Source: an uncultured Chloroflexia bacterium
GTDB lineage: Bacteria; Chloroflexota; Limnocylindria; QHBO01
Reading direction: 5' to 3'
DNA length: 64,000 bases
Assembly: GCA_963814375.1 (NCBI GenBank)
Contig: CAWFCQ010000007.1
Coordinates: 192,001-256,000 of the forward strand
Part shown: piece by piece, positions 22,190 to 33,132 of the stretch
Numbering within the stretch: position 1 is the first letter of the stretch
Layout of the letters: the number at the start of each line of letters is the position of its first letter
Program-made: the position numbers and the translations under genes
The notes under the pieces: generated by a model
What the model saw: the letters and a program-made list of their open reading frames with translations, nothing else
Told to the model about the DNA's origin: nothing
Database searches by the model: none

Positions 22190-22238
22190 AGCTGGCACGC
22201 GGCGTGCTGCGAGGTCGCCAACCGCGCACCGTGAACGG

Positions 22239-24155
22239 ATGAGCGCACTCGAGCTGATCAGCCTCGCCAACCAGGTGCTGTTCCTCGGCCTCTTCGTGGC
22301 CGTCCTGTGGCATGCGTTGAAGCGGCCATCGCGATCGGCCTGGGACACCGTCCTCCTGTTCGGCCCGATCGCGGCCGTCGTCGTGCTGGCACCGATCGCG
22401 ACAGTTATCGGGGTCGGGGATGCGCCATGGTTCGTGAGTCTCCAGCTCCTCCTGATCAACGTCGTGCCGTTCGCGATGATCAGGCTGGTCGATGACTTCA
22501 GCCGCACGCCTCGATGGCTGGTGCCTGCCGGGGCAATCGGCCTCGTCGTGGTCGGCGCGCTGGGCTTCACGGCCTTCGGGGCCGACCAGCGCCTGTTCGA
22601 CATCGTGACCATCGCCTGGTTCACGATCGTGGGCGGCTTCTCCGCCGTCGCCTTCAGCCGACGAGCAGTCGAGGCCCGAGGCATCACGCGCAGGCGAATG
22701 ACCGCGGTCGCCGTCGGCGCGATGCTCTTCGTCGTGGCGGTCGTGGTCATCTTCGCGAACGCGCTCCTGCCCGCAGTGGACCTCGGGCTGATCGTCCAGC
22801 TGTTGGCGCTGGCTGCTGCCATCGGCTTCTTCCTTGGCTTCGCCCCACCAGCCTGGATTCGCCGCGGCTGGCGCGAGCCCGAGCTGCGGCGCTTCCTCGA
22901 GCGATCCATTCACCTGGTCGGCGCGACGGATGAGCGACGTGCGGTGATGGAGCTCCAGACGGCCGCGGCGGCGGCTTTCGGCGCCAACGGCGCCGCAATC
23001 GGCCTGGCGGACGATGAGCGCCGGATCATGCGCTATCTCGATCGAACCGGCATCTGGGCGGAGTATCCGCAGGACGCCTTCGTCGGTGGAAGGGCCTACC
23101 GAGAGCAGCGGCGCATCGTGGCGGCCGATGCGGCCACCGAGGACCCGGAGAACGCGGGCGTTTACCGACGCAGCGCCGCGGACGCGGTCATCGCCGCGCC
23201 GATCACGCTCGAGGACCGGCCGATCGGCGTGCTGACCGTCTACGCCGAGCGAGCGCCGATCTTCGTCGAGGACGACCTGTGGCTGCTGGAGCTTCTCGCG
23301 GACCAGACCGCGGTCCTGCTCGAGGCGCGCCTCCGTTCGGCGGACGAGGCAGATCTGCGGGCGAGGGAGGACTCCGCTCTGCTCAAGGAGGAGTTCCTCT
23401 CCGCCGCGGCGCATGACCTGCGAACGCCGCTCACCGTCGTGCTCGGCCAGGCCGAGCTGCTCGAGCGCCGGCTGGCCCGCGACCCGGCGGCGCCGGTCGA
23501 CGCCGCGGGCGTGGCACGACTCGGCCGAGAGGCCCGCCGGCTGCGGGACATCGTGAGCGAGCTGCTCGACGCCCAGCGCCTGGAGCAGGGGGGCGCGGTC
23601 ATCGACCTGGAGCAGACCGATCTGCGTGGCATCGTCGAAGGGGTGCAGCAGCGCCTCCACGAGCGCGGCCTCGACCTCCGCGCCGACGTGCCCAACGACG
23701 AGCTGATCGGGCTGGTCGACGCGGCGCGCATCGGCCAGGTCCTCGACAACCTCGTCGAGAACGCGATGAAATACACCTCCAGTGGCGAGCTCCCGGAGCT
23801 GCGCCTGGACGCCGTCGACGGCGATGCGAGGTTCTCGGTCATCGATCGGGGGATCGGCATCCCGGAGGACCAGCGCGAACGCATCTTCGACCGCTTCTAC
23901 CGCGCCACCAACGTCCAGAGCATCACCGACACCGGGATCGGGCTCGGCCTCTACATCTGCCGCCGCATCACCGAGGCGCACGGCGGCCGGATCTGGGCGG
24001 AGCCGACGCCGGGCGGCGGAAGCACCTTCGTCGTGGCCCTGGCCCTCCAACCCGCCATCCAGCGATCAGGCTCCGGAGACCGGCAACCCTCGCAGACGTC
24101 GGACCCGATCATCAGCGTCGAGCCGGCCGGCGAGGGAGCGGTTGCGGATGCCTGA
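22239..24155 (+). CDS. Membrane sensor histidine kinase (about 7 TM, GAF, HisKA, HATPase)
   Basis: Seven hydrophobic segments, AAHDLRTPLT, NLVENAMKY, DRGIGIP, GLGLYI. Confidence 0.92.
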   Translation: MSALELISLANQVLFLGLFVAVLWHALKRPSRSAWDTVLLFGPIAAVVVLAPIATVIGVGDAPWFVSLQLLLINVVPFAMIRLVDDFSRTPRWLVPAGAIGLVVVGALGFTAFGADQRLFDIVTIAWFTIVGGFSAVAFSRRAVEARGITRRRMTAVAVGAMLFVVAVVVIFANALLPAVDLGLIVQLLALAAAIGFFLGFAPPAWIRRGWREPELRRFLERSIHLVGATDERRAVMELQTAAAAAFGANGAAIGLADDERRIMRYLDRTGIWAEYPQDAFVGGRAYREQRRIVAADAATEDPENAGVYRRSAADAVIAAPITLEDRPIGVLTVYAERAPIFVEDDLWLLELLADQTAVLLEARLRSADEADLRAREDSALLKEEFLSAAAHDLRTPLTVVLGQAELLERRLARDPAAPVDAAGVARLGREARRLRDIVSELLDAQRLEQGGAVIDLEQTDLRGIVEGVQQRLHERGLDLRADVPNDELIGLVDAARIGQVLDNLVENAMKYTSSGELPELRLDAVDGDARFSVIDRGIGIPEDQRERIFDRFYRATNVQSITDTGIGLGLYICRRITEAHGGRIWAEPTPGGGSTFVVALALQPAIQRSGSGDRQPSQTSDPIISVEPAGEGAVADA

Positions 24156-24510
24156 CGTCCGCGTGCTGATCGTCGACGACGAGCCGGACATTCGGGCGAC
24201 GGTGTCGGCAATGCTCGAGATCGAGGGCTACGCCGTGGCCGAAGCCTCCAACGGAGCCGATGCACTGCGGCTCGTCGAGGAGCGCCCGCCCGACATCATC
24301 CTGCTCGACATGCGCATGCCGATCCTCGACGGCTGGGGATTCGCGGCCGAGCTGCGAAGGCGGGGCCACCGGACGCCGATCGTCGTCATGACGGCCGCGC
24401 GTGACGCCGCGCGCTGGGCCGCCGAGATCGCGGCCACCGCCTTCGTGGCGAAGCCATTCGGGTTCGAGGACCTCATCAGGGCCGTGCAGCAGGTGCACCC
24501 GCCCGCCTGA
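24148..24510 (+). CDS. Single-domain response regulator (CheY-like)
   Basis: VLIVDDE, DIILLDMRMPILDG, VMTA, KPF. Confidence 0.92.
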   Translation: MPDVRVLIVDDEPDIRATVSAMLEIEGYAVAEASNGADALRLVEERPPDIILLDMRMPILDGWGFAAELRRRGHRTPIVVMTAARDAARWAAEIAATAFVAKPFGFEDLIRAVQQVHPPA

Positions 24511-24529
24511 GCACGCGGTGGTGCCTGGG

Positions 24530-25000
24530 TCAGGTCGCCATCGCTCCGCCGCGCTCCCAGCCCCGCCCGCCGTACCCGAGGAAGCGCGTCGGCTTCAGGA
24601 CGATCGGTTGGGAGTAGACCTCCGCGAAGCGCTGAGCGGAGAGGCCGGCGCGATGGAGCAGCTCTCGGTACTTCGCACCGAACCCACTCGGCATGAGGCT
24701 CGAAGCCGGGGTGTCCGGCAGCTCGGCGGTGGCCTCGATCAGCTCGACCTCGAACTCGGGACCGGGCGTCCCGACCGCCAGCATGACGCTCGGGCTGTTG
24801 CGGAGGTTGTCCACCTTCTTTGCGTGCGGCTTGCTGAAGGCGACGATCGTGTCACCGTCCCAGTGGAACCAGACGGGCACGAGGTGCGGTCGCCCGTCGG
24901 CCTGCACCGAGCTGAGCCAGACGACCGGGTCGTTGCGCAGGGCGGCCTCCGCCGAAGGGCGGCAGCTGGCCTGGTCGGATGGCTGGGCGGAGCGGTTCAT
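24530..25000 (-). CDS. PPOX-class F420-dependent oxidoreductase (Rv3369-like)
   Basis: VVWLSSVQADGRPHLVPVWFHWDG...KVDNLRNSPSV. ATG 25000 is preceded by GACACT plus 7 nt. Confidence 0.85.
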   Translation of the reverse strand: MNRSAQPSDQASCRPSAEAALRNDPVVWLSSVQADGRPHLVPVWFHWDGDTIVAFSKPHAKKVDNLRNSPSVMLAVGTPGPEFEVELIEATAELPDTPASSLMPSGFGAKYRELLHRAGLSAQRFAEVYSQPIVLKPTRFLGYGGRGWERGGAMAT

Positions 25001-25083
25001 GGCCGAGAGTGTCGCAGCGCCGCTGCGCCGGACCCAGCGAGAGACGTCGCATGGCCGACCGGACGTTGGCCGATGGTCGATGC

Positions 25084-25098
25084 GGCCGGATGACGTAG
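25084..25098. promoter_or_regulatory. Conserved 15-bp box, copy D (GGCCGGATGACGTAG)
   Basis: 14/15 match; adjacent related box TGGCC-GATG-GTCGA at about 25067-25080. Confidence 0.6.
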
Positions 25099-25122
25099 GG
25101 GCGACCCTATACTCCGCCACGC

Positions 25123-26037
25123 ATGCCGCCCATCGCCAGCGTCGACGTCCCCGCCTCGAGCGCCAACCTGGGCAGCGGATTCGACTGCTTCGCGGCGGCC
25201 CTCTCGCTCAAGATGCGCGCCGAGCTGTGGCCCGGCGACGAGCCCGGCATCGTGCTCAACGCGCGCGGCGAGGGCGCCCCCGCCGACGATGAACGGCCGG
25301 ACGACAACCTCCTGATCCGCGCCTTCCGGGAAGGGCTGCGCGTCTCGGCGGCACCCGGGGCGGCGGCCTGGAGGGTCGACGTCTCGAGCATGATCCCGGC
25401 CGCTCGCGGCCTGGGCAGCTCCGCGGCCGCGATCGTGGCGGGCGCGGTGCTCGGGGCGGCCGTCGGCCGCCGCAGCGTGGATGCCGACGAGCTGCTGCGG
25501 CTGGCTGCGCGGCTGGAGGGCCACCCCGACAACGTCGCGGCCGCGCTGTACGGGGGCTTCACCGTTGCGCTCGCCGAGCCCGACGGGCACATCGGCCTGC
25601 GCCGGTTCCGGGTGCCCGAGGCGTGGATCCCGGTCGTCTTCATCCCGCAGCGCGAGAGCAGGACCCAGGAGATGCGGGCCGCGCTCCCGGCGGCCGTGCC
25701 CCACGCCGCCGCGGCTCGCCAGGCGGGCCGCAGCGCACTGCTGGCGACGGCCGTGATCACGTCCGATGCCGGCCTCCTTCGCGCGGCGATGCGAGACGAG
25801 CTGCATCAGCCCTTCCGCCTGCCGCTCCTGCCCGGCGGCCGCGAGCTGATCGACCTGGCCTACGAGCGCGGGGCGGCTGGTGCCTGCCTTTCCGGCGCCG
25901 GCCCGGCCATCCTCGCCATCTGCGACTCGCCGCCGAGCGCTCACGCGGTCGAGAAGGCGTGGAACGCCGCCGGAGTCATGGGCATGGCCACGCGGCTGCG
26001 CTTCGACACCTCGGGAGCGAAGCTGGAGGCCGCCTAG
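25123..26037 (+). CDS. thrB: Homoserine kinase
   Basis: [37 protein letters not shown]. Confidence 0.95.
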   Translation: MPPIASVDVPASSANLGSGFDCFAAALSLKMRAELWPGDEPGIVLNARGEGAPADDERPDDNLLIRAFREGLRVSAAPGAAAWRVDVSSMIPAARGLGSSAAAIVAGAVLGAAVGRRSVDADELLRLAARLEGHPDNVAAALYGGFTVALAEPDGHIGLRRFRVPEAWIPVVFIPQRESRTQEMRAALPAAVPHAAAARQAGRSALLATAVITSDAGLLRAAMRDELHQPFRLPLLPGGRELIDLAYERGAAGACLSGAGPAILAICDSPPSAHAVEKAWNAAGVMGMATRLRFDTSGAKLEAA

Positions 26038-26131
26038 CCGAGCTGCCATCGCCGAGCGCCGGTGTGGCCCAGCGGCGACCTGGCGCGGGCGTCCCGCCGT
26101 CACGAGCGGCCGCTACCATGCGAGGCATCCC

Positions 26132-28147
26132 ATGAGCCTCGTCACCCTTGCGGGCGTGTCCAAGAGCCACGCCGCGCAGCACCTCTTCAGCGACGTCGGG
26201 CTGATGATCAGCACCGGCCGTCGCATCGCGATCGTCGGCCCCAATGGGGCGGGCAAGACGACGCTGCTCGAGATCGTCACCGGGGACCAGCAGGCCGACG
26301 CGGGGACCGTCACCCGCGCCAGGGAGGTCGTGATCGGCTACCTGCGCCAGGAGGTCGCCGAGTCTGCGGGACGCAGCGCCATCGCCGAAGTGCTGGCCGG
26401 TGCGGGCGAGGTGAGCGGCATCGAGCGACGCATGCGCCATATCGAGGTGGAGCTCGAGGAGGCGGCTGACGACGACGAGCTGCACGAGCTAATGGACGAG
26501 TACGGCAGGCTTCAGCATCGGTTCGAGGCGATGGGCGGTTACGGGCTCGAGGCCGAAGCGCGCCGGATCCTGGCCGGACTCGGTTTCGCCGATGCCGACG
26601 TGGAGCGCGACATCGGCGAGTTCAGCGGCGGCTGGATGATGCGGGTCGCTCTCGCGCGGCTGCTGCTCCAGAACCCGGATGTGCTCCTCCTCGACGAGCC
26701 GACGAACCATCTCGACCTCGCCTCCGTCGAGTGGCTGCAGGGCTTCCTGGCGCAGTACGCCGGGGCGATCGTCCTGGTGAGCCACGACCGCGACTTCGTC
26801 AACGAGGTCGTCAACCGAGTGGTCGAGCTGCACGACGGGCGGGCGACGGAGTACGTCGGCGACTACGCCGACTTCGTCGAGCAGCGCGCCGAGCGCATGG
26901 CACAGCTCGAGGCCGCCGCCAAGAACCAGCAGCGCAAGATCGCGCACACCCAGGCATTCATCGATCGATTTCGCTACAAGGCATCGAAGGCGCGACAGGT
27001 CCAATCGCGCGTCAAGGCGCTCGAACGTCTCGACCGGGTCGCCCCGACGCCTCGGCGCCAGAGGAGCGTGAAGTTCCGCTTCCCGGATCCTCCGCGCAGC
27101 GGGCGGACGGTGATCACGCTGAGCGACGTCGAGAAGCGATATGGCGACAACGTCGTCTACGACGGCGACCTCGACATGGTGCTCGAGCGCGGCCAACGCG
27201 TTGCGCTCATCGGGCCCAACGGCGCCGGCAAGTCGACGCTGCTCAAGATTCTGGCCGGCGTTCTGCCGTTCGAGGGCGGCACCCGCGAGCTCGGCTCGAA
27301 CGTGCGAGTCGCCTACTTCGCCCAGCACCAGATCGACGCACTCAACCCGGCGAACACCGTCTTCGAGGAGCTCAACGACGCGGCGCCGATGATGGCCACC
27401 GCCGAGATGCGAAGGCTGCTCGGCGCCTTCCTGTTCGCCGGCGACGCCGTAAACAAGCGCGTCGGGGTGCTGTCGGGCGGTGAGCAGACCCGCCTCGCAC
27501 TGGCCAAGCTCCTCGCCGATCCAGCGAACCTGCTGTGCCTCGACGAGCCGACGAACCATCTCGACATTCAGTCGCGGGACGTCCTGGAGGATGCGCTCAA
27601 CGCGTTCAGCGGCACGATCGTGCTGATCACCCACGACCGCTACCTGATCCGGAGCGTGGCAAACGCGATTGTCGAGGTCAACGATGGCCGCGCGACGCTG
27701 TATGCCGGTGACTTCGAGTACTACGCCGCCAAGCGCGGTGTCGACATCGAGACGCGTGGGGCGGTGGAGGGTGCTCGAGCCACGCCGCGCGGCGTGGTCG
27801 CCAGCGCGCCGAAGGCGCGGGAATCGGCGCGGGCCGCCGCGGATCGCAAGCGGCGCGAGGCCGAGGAGCGCAACGCGCGCCACGCTCGAACCCGAGAGCT
27901 TCGCTCCGCGCTCGAAGGGACGCGCGCGCGGTTGGCCTCGGCCAGGATCGCCCTCGACGAGGCAGCCGAGCGCCTCTCGGACCCGGCCACCTACGCCGAA
28001 CCCGACCGCGTTCGCGAGCTCGTGGCGAGCCACAACGGCTCGCTCGATCTCATCTCAACGCTGGAAAGCGAGGAGCAGCGCCTCGCGCTGGCGCTCGACG
28101 CGGCCGATGCGCCGGTCGAGGACGGTGTCGCCGGCGCGCGTCCGTGA
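26132..28147 (+). CDS. ABC-F family ribosome-associated ATPase
   Basis: Two ABC cassettes ([18 protein letters not shown]), no TM segments, C-terminal coiled coil. Confidence 0.93.
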   Translation: MSLVTLAGVSKSHAAQHLFSDVGLMISTGRRIAIVGPNGAGKTTLLEIVTGDQQADAGTVTRAREVVIGYLRQEVAESAGRSAIAEVLAGAGEVSGIERRMRHIEVELEEAADDDELHELMDEYGRLQHRFEAMGGYGLEAEARRILAGLGFADADVERDIGEFSGGWMMRVALARLLLQNPDVLLLDEPTNHLDLASVEWLQGFLAQYAGAIVLVSHDRDFVNEVVNRVVELHDGRATEYVGDYADFVEQRAERMAQLEAAAKNQQRKIAHTQAFIDRFRYKASKARQVQSRVKALERLDRVAPTPRRQRSVKFRFPDPPRSGRTVITLSDVEKRYGDNVVYDGDLDMVLERGQRVALIGPNGAGKSTLLKILAGVLPFEGGTRELGSNVRVAYFAQHQIDALNPANTVFEELNDAAPMMATAEMRRLLGAFLFAGDAVNKRVGVLSGGEQTRLALAKLLADPANLLCLDEPTNHLDIQSRDVLEDALNAFSGTIVLITHDRYLIRSVANAIVEVNDGRATLYAGDFEYYAAKRGVDIETRGAVEGARATPRGVVASAPKARESARAAADRKRREAEERNARHARTRELRSALEGTRARLASARIALDEAAERLSDPATYAEPDRVRELVASHNGSLDLISTLESEEQRLALALDAADAPVEDGVAGARP

Positions 28148-29113
28148 GGCGGGGCGACAGCCTCACCGGCGCCGGACTCATCGTCGTGGCGGCCGTGTGC
28201 TTCGCCACGCTTGGGCCGCTGAGCCGGTTCGCGGGCGATGCGGGAGTGGAGTCGCTGACGCTGGTGACCTGGCGCGCGTGGCTGGGCGCGGCGGTCGTAT
28301 CGGTCTTCATCGGCATCAGGTTCTTCGCCGCCGGCGTCCGCCCCCGGACGCTCCGTTCGGTTCCGGTGCGCGACCGGTGGTTCATGCTCGCCGCCGCCGT
28401 CGCGAACACGATCCTCAACTTCGCTGCCTTCGTGGCGTTCGAGCGCATCTCGATCGCACTGACCCTGCTCGTCTTTTACCTCTACCCCGCCGGGGTCGCG
28501 GTGGTGTCGACGGTCTGGTTCGGTGAGCGGCTGGGTCGCGCTCAATGGCTGGCGCTGGCCGTCTCGCTCATCGGCATGGCACTCGTGGTGGCGGGGGCCG
28601 GATCGCTGGGTGAGCTCGACGCGCTCGGCATCGGCCTGGCATTCGTCGCCGCGCTGGCACAGGTCTTCTACGTCCTCGCCGCCCGCCACGGCTTCGCCCA
28701 CGTGCCCGGCTCGCAGGCGGCGGTCCTCACGATGGCCGGCGCCGGATGCCTGTACCTGCTGATCGGCCTCCTCGCCGGGACGCCTCAACGATCTGGCGCA
28801 GCCGCTCGCGTCGAGCGCCGCGCTGTGGCCGGTCGCTTTGGCCGGCGTCATCGGCGCGGGAATCCCGACGCTGTGCTTCATCGCCGGGATACGAAGGCTC
28901 GGCCCGTCGCAGGCCGCGATCCTGGCCACGCTCGAACCAGTCGTCGGCGTCGCGCTGGCTGCCTGGCTGCTGGGCGAGCAGCCGGCCCCGGTCCAGCTCG
29001 TCGGCGGTGCGCTGATCCTGGGCGCCGCAGTCGTGCTCCAGCTGCGGCAGCTCGGGACGCTCGCCGACCATGAGGGAGTCGTGACGGTGGAGAAGAGGGA
29101 TCCCGCGCCCTAG
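28144..29113 (+). CDS. EamA/DMT family transporter, frameshift near 28783
   Basis: Ten TM segments split over two frames; [16 protein letters not shown]. Confidence 0.85.
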
Positions 29114-30153
29114 CCGGCCTCCTCCGAACCGGCGCGTCCGCGCATGAAGCTGGCGTGCACCGCCTGAGCGGCCGATGCGGCCGATGCCAGCGGCACCTCT
29201 GCCCACACGACGCGCATCCCGCCCTCGTCAAAGGAGCCCTCACCGTGCGCCGGGAGAGGAAGCACCTCGGGCATCAGGCCCGCCGGGCCGACGAGGCTGA
29301 TGCGGGCCATCCGCTCCTTCCGATCGACCGCGAGCATCAGGACGCCCTCATCCTCACGGGATGCGGGTCGGACCATCGTCTGCGGAGCGTCGTCGGCGAG
29401 CGCGCGGACCACGAGGGCCAGGCGGCCACGCCGCGCCCGGCGCACCGCCACCGGGTGGACGATCTCGGCGCCCATCTCCGCCAGCAGCTCGAGCTGGAGC
29501 GCATCGACCGCCGCGAGGTGACGGGCGGTGGGCACGAGCTGGGGATCCGCCTCCAGCACGCCGCCGACGTCCTTGAAGAGCTCGCAGCGCTCCGCCCGCA
29601 GGGCCACCGCCAGCGCAACGGCGGAGAGATCGGTGCCACCGCGCCCGAGGGTCGTGAGCTCGCCGTGGGTGCCGATGCCCTGGAAGCCGGCGACGACCGG
29701 CACGAGCCCATCGGCCAGCGCCGCGCGAAGCGGACGTGACAGGACCCGGCGAACCTCGGCCCCGAGATGCGCCGCCGCGGTGCGGATGCCCGCCTCCGCG
29801 CCGGAGAAGGATCGGGCGGGGATGCCGCGGCCCTGGAGGCCGAGGGCGAAGAGCGCGGCCGAGAGTGCCTCGCCGGTCGCCAGCGCGCGATCTGTCTCGC
29901 GGGCGAGGCGCGAGTCCGGATCGTGGGCGGACTGGCTAAGGGACTCCCCGCGGTCGGGCAGCAGCACCCGCGCCGCTCCGAGGATCGTATCGGTGACGCC
30001 CTCGAAGGCGCTCACGACCACGACCGGGTGGAGACCTGAAGCCCGCTGGCGCGCAACCACCTCGACGGCGGCTGCGACGTCGTCGGGCTGGCGCAGGACC
30101 GACCCGCCGAACTTGTCGACGACGACGCCGTCGGATCGGAGCGCGCGCCTCAT
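29110..30153 (-). CDS. lysC: Aspartate kinase (short C-terminus)
   Basis: KFGGS, VVVVSA, GEALSA, VPVVAGFQG, TTLGRGGTD, ADP. Confidence 0.8.
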   Translation of the reverse strand: MRRALRSDGVVVDKFGGSVLRQPDDVAAAVEVVARQRASGLHPVVVVSAFEGVTDTILGAARVLLPDRGESLSQSAHDPDSRLARETDRALATGEALSAALFALGLQGRGIPARSFSGAEAGIRTAAAHLGAEVRRVLSRPLRAALADGLVPVVAGFQGIGTHGELTTLGRGGTDLSAVALAVALRAERCELFKDVGGVLEADPQLVPTARHLAAVDALQLELLAEMGAEIVHPVAVRRARRGRLALVVRALADDAPQTMVRPASREDEGVLMLAVDRKERMARISLVGPAGLMPEVLPLPAHGEGSFDEGGMRVVWAEVPLASAASAAQAVHASFMRGRAGSEEAG

Positions 30154-30168
30154 GGGCGATCCCGCGCC

Positions 30169-31317
30169 TCAGCTGCTCGAGGGGATGACCCGGATGATCC
30201 TGTCGTTCGATCCGTTGGAGGTCGTGAGGTAGAGGAGGTTGTCCGGGCCTAACACCGCGCCGCGAAGGCGGCCCCACAGGTTGTTGAAGAACGTGTTCCT
30301 GTAGCCCGCCACGCCGGGCGAGGCCGGGACGAGGTCGAATCGGCGCAGGTCGGACTCCTTGAGCTGAGAGACGAAGAAGTCACCGGCGTAGCTCTGCCAG
30401 TTCGTGCCCGCCACGATGGCAGCGCCCGACACGGCGATGGTGCCGTTGCCCGAGGCCCACACCGGGTTGGTGAAGGTTCCCGAGCACGACTGGTACGGCC
30501 GGTTGAAGCCCGTGCGGCACGGCCATCCATAGTTGCGACCCGGGAGGATCCAGTTGATCTCGTCGTCACGCTCCGGCCCGTGCTCGGGGACGTACACGCG
30601 GAACTGGGCCGTCGGCGTGAACGCGATTCCCTGCGGGTTGCGATGGCCCATCGAGTACACGAATGTGCGCGACGAGTTGCCCGGCATGATCGGGTTGTCG
30701 CTCGGAATGGTCCCGTCCCGATTGATGCGCAGGATCTTCCCGTTGAGGCTGTTGCGATTCTGCGCTCGCGAGGGCACGGCGCCGTCGCCAGTCGACACCC
30801 AGATCTTTTGGTCCGGGCCTTCCTCCACCGCGCACCCGTTGTGGATCGTGCTGGCGAAGATGCCGGTCGCCACGAGGTTCCGATCGTGCGCCAGCGTCCA
30901 GCTGGAGGTGACTCTGAAGCGCATGACCTGGTTCACCCACTGGCCGCCGAACATCCGCGAGGCGCAGATGTACACGAGCCGGTTCGAATGGAAGAGGTGG
31001 TCGACCGTGATGCCCATCACGCCCGCTTCGCCCTCGGCCCGAACCCCGAAGAGGTTGGTCGTCCCGAGCAGCGCCGCGCCGGGCTGGCTGCTGGCGTAGA
31101 TCCTCACGCGCCCGGGTCGCTCGGTGACGATCATCAGCCCACCGGGCAGGAAGTCGAGATCCCACGGGTGGACGAGGCCCGACCGTACCACCACCCCGCG
31201 CACCACGGGATTGGCTCCGAGAACCGTGGAGGGGAGGGCAGCCGTGGCGAGCATGAGGAGCGAGAGCAGGATCATGAGAGCGCGGCTCTTGCGAGCGCTG
31301 CGGGGAAGTGAGGTCAC
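30169..31317 (-). CDS. Secreted PQQ-dependent glucose/sorbosone dehydrogenase (GSDH beta-propeller)
   Basis: Signal peptide, GLVHPWDL.F, HNG, GKILRIN, GHRNPQG, DEIN..PG.NYGWP. Confidence 0.9.
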   Translation of the reverse strand: MTSLPRSARKSRALMILLSLLMLATAALPSTVLGANPVVRGVVVRSGLVHPWDLDFLPGGLMIVTERPGRVRIYASSQPGAALLGTTNLFGVRAEGEAGVMGITVDHLFHSNRLVYICASRMFGGQWVNQVMRFRVTSSWTLAHDRNLVATGIFASTIHNGCAVEEGPDQKIWVSTGDGAVPSRAQNRNSLNGKILRINRDGTIPSDNPIMPGNSSRTFVYSMGHRNPQGIAFTPTAQFRVYVPEHGPERDDEINWILPGRNYGWPCRTGFNRPYQSCSGTFTNPVWASGNGTIAVSGAAIVAGTNWQSYAGDFFVSQLKESDLRRFDLVPASPGVAGYRNTFFNNLWGRLRGAVLGPDNLLYLTTSNGSNDRIIRVIPSSS

Positions 31318-31359
31318 GATATCGGGGTCCTCTGCGGGGATGATGCAACGGGCGACACT

Positions 31360-32175
31360 CTACCTTGACGGGTCGCCGGCTGACGGCGCGACCCGGCGCG
31401 ACGACGGCCGATCCCCTTCGGGAGCGGCCACGCCCCGCGGGAGCGGCCCGCCCGCGCGGATGATCGCCGGGATCTCGTCGAGCGTCGTGATGCGACGGAC
31501 GTCGGCGGGAATCGGCTCATCTTCTGGCGTGATGCTGATGCCCTCGCGGCGATCGAGCCAGGCGGCGTCAATCCCGGCCGACCATGCACCGAGTACGTCG
31601 GCGCGGTAGGAGTCACCCACCATGAGCGCCTCGCTCGGGCCGACGTCGGCGGTTTCCAGGGCAACCCGAAAGAACGCCGGGTCGGGCTTGGACAGTCCGA
31701 CGGCACCGGACGGAAGGACGAAATCGAGATACGCGTCGAGGCCGAGATCGGCCAGGATCCCGCGCAGGTTCGATCCCCAGTCGCTGACGATGCCGATGCC
31801 GATCCCCATCTCGCGCACGTCGCGCAGCATCGGTTCGACGTCGGGGTATGGCTCCCATGAGTCCGATGCGAACTGGCTCGCCAGGATGCGGTCCAGCACT
31901 TCGCGCCGCGCATCGACGCCGATTCGATCGAGCATCACGGTGTGGTACCGGCGCCAGTACTCCTCGATCCTCCCGTCGTCCGACCACGTGTCGTTGCCGG
32001 GCCGGTGGTATTCGTCCCAGAAGAAGCGGTCCGCCTCCTCCCACGCGGCGTGCATCTCCTCCTCCGTGAGCTCCCGGCCGTCCGCCGCGAGGACTGCGGA
32101 GAGCGCATCGGCCAGGGTGCGGCGCGGCGTCAGGAGCGTGAAGCCCGCATCGAGCAGGAGGAGTCGGTAGGCCAT
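31360..32175 (-). CDS. HAD-IA family hydrolase
   Basis: LLDAGFTL, IVSDW, KPDP, MVGDSYRADVLGA. Confidence 0.88.
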   Translation of the reverse strand: MAYRLLLLDAGFTLLTPRRTLADALSAVLAADGRELTEEEMHAAWEEADRFFWDEYHRPGNDTWSDDGRIEEYWRRYHTVMLDRIGVDARREVLDRILASQFASDSWEPYPDVEPMLRDVREMGIGIGIVSDWGSNLRGILADLGLDAYLDFVLPSGAVGLSKPDPAFFRVALETADVGPSEALMVGDSYRADVLGAWSAGIDAAWLDRREGISITPEDEPIPADVRRITTLDEIPAIIRAGGPLPRGVAAPEGDRPSSRRVAPSAGDPSR

Positions 32176-32238
32176 CGCCCGGAACGGTACTGCACTTGCG
32201 ACGGCCGGGGCGCGCGGCCGGCTGGTACGCTCGCGACG

Positions 32239-33132
32239 ATGACCTTGATCGCCGGCGATGTCCGCGCCGCGGTCCTTGACTGGTATGCGGGCGAGGCCAG
32301 GGACTTCCCCTGGCGACGCACGCGCGACCCGTACGCGGTGCTCGTCAGCGAGGTGATGCTGCAGCAGACCCAGGCGGCTCGCGTGGTGGATCGGTTTCCG
32401 CGATTCATGGCTCGCTTTCCGACCACCGGCACGCTGGCTGCCGCGAGCGAGGCCGCAGTGGTCGCGGCGTGGAGCGGGCTCGGGTACAACCGCCGCGCGC
32501 TGGCACTTCGCTCCGCGGCCGCGATCGTCGAACGGGATGGCTGGCCAACCGATGTGGCGGCGCTCGAGCGGCTCCCCGGCGTCGGCCCGTACACGGCCCG
32601 AGCCGTGGCCTCGCTCGCCTTCGACGTCCCGGCCGGCGTGGTCGACACCAACGTGCGACGCTGGCTCCTGCGACGATTCGGCGGCCCGGACAATCCGCGG
32701 CAGCTCCAGGACCTGGCCGATGCACTGGCTGCGACGGATCGCGCCGCGGACGTGGCCACCTGGACGCACGCCAGCATGGAGTTCGGCGCCGCGGTGTGCC
32801 GAGGACGCGCCCCACGGTGCAGCTCCTGCCCCATCGCCGAGGGCTGCCCGTCCCGCGATGCCCCGGTGGCGATCCGCGTGCCTTCGCAGCCACCGCTGCG
32901 CGGGTCGGACCGGGCCTACCGCGGGGCAATCGTCGCGCGCCTGTCGCGGACCCGCCGCCACGAGCTGAGCGCAAGCGCGACGCGACGCGCGTTGGCCGCC
33001 GACGCCGAGCGGCTCGGTCCGGCGCTCGATGACGAGGGCTGGGAGCGCGTTGTCGCCGGCCTCGAGCGCGACGGCCTCGCCCATCGGCGCGCCGGTCGGC
33101 TGCGACTGGGCGCGGCTACAATCCGGCCGTGA
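32239..33132 (+). CDS. mutY: A/G-specific adenine glycosylase (short actinobacterial type)
   Basis: WY...RDFPWR, VSEVMLQQT, LPGVGPYTA, VDTNVRR, C-x6-C-x2-C-x5-C FeS motif. Confidence 0.92.
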   Translation: MTLIAGDVRAAVLDWYAGEARDFPWRRTRDPYAVLVSEVMLQQTQAARVVDRFPRFMARFPTTGTLAAASEAAVVAAWSGLGYNRRALALRSAAAIVERDGWPTDVAALERLPGVGPYTARAVASLAFDVPAGVVDTNVRRWLLRRFGGPDNPRQLQDLADALAATDRAADVATWTHASMEFGAAVCRGRAPRCSSCPIAEGCPSRDAPVAIRVPSQPPLRGSDRAYRGAIVARLSRTRRHELSASATRRALAADAERLGPALDDEGWERVVAGLERDGLAHRRAGRLRLGAATIRP

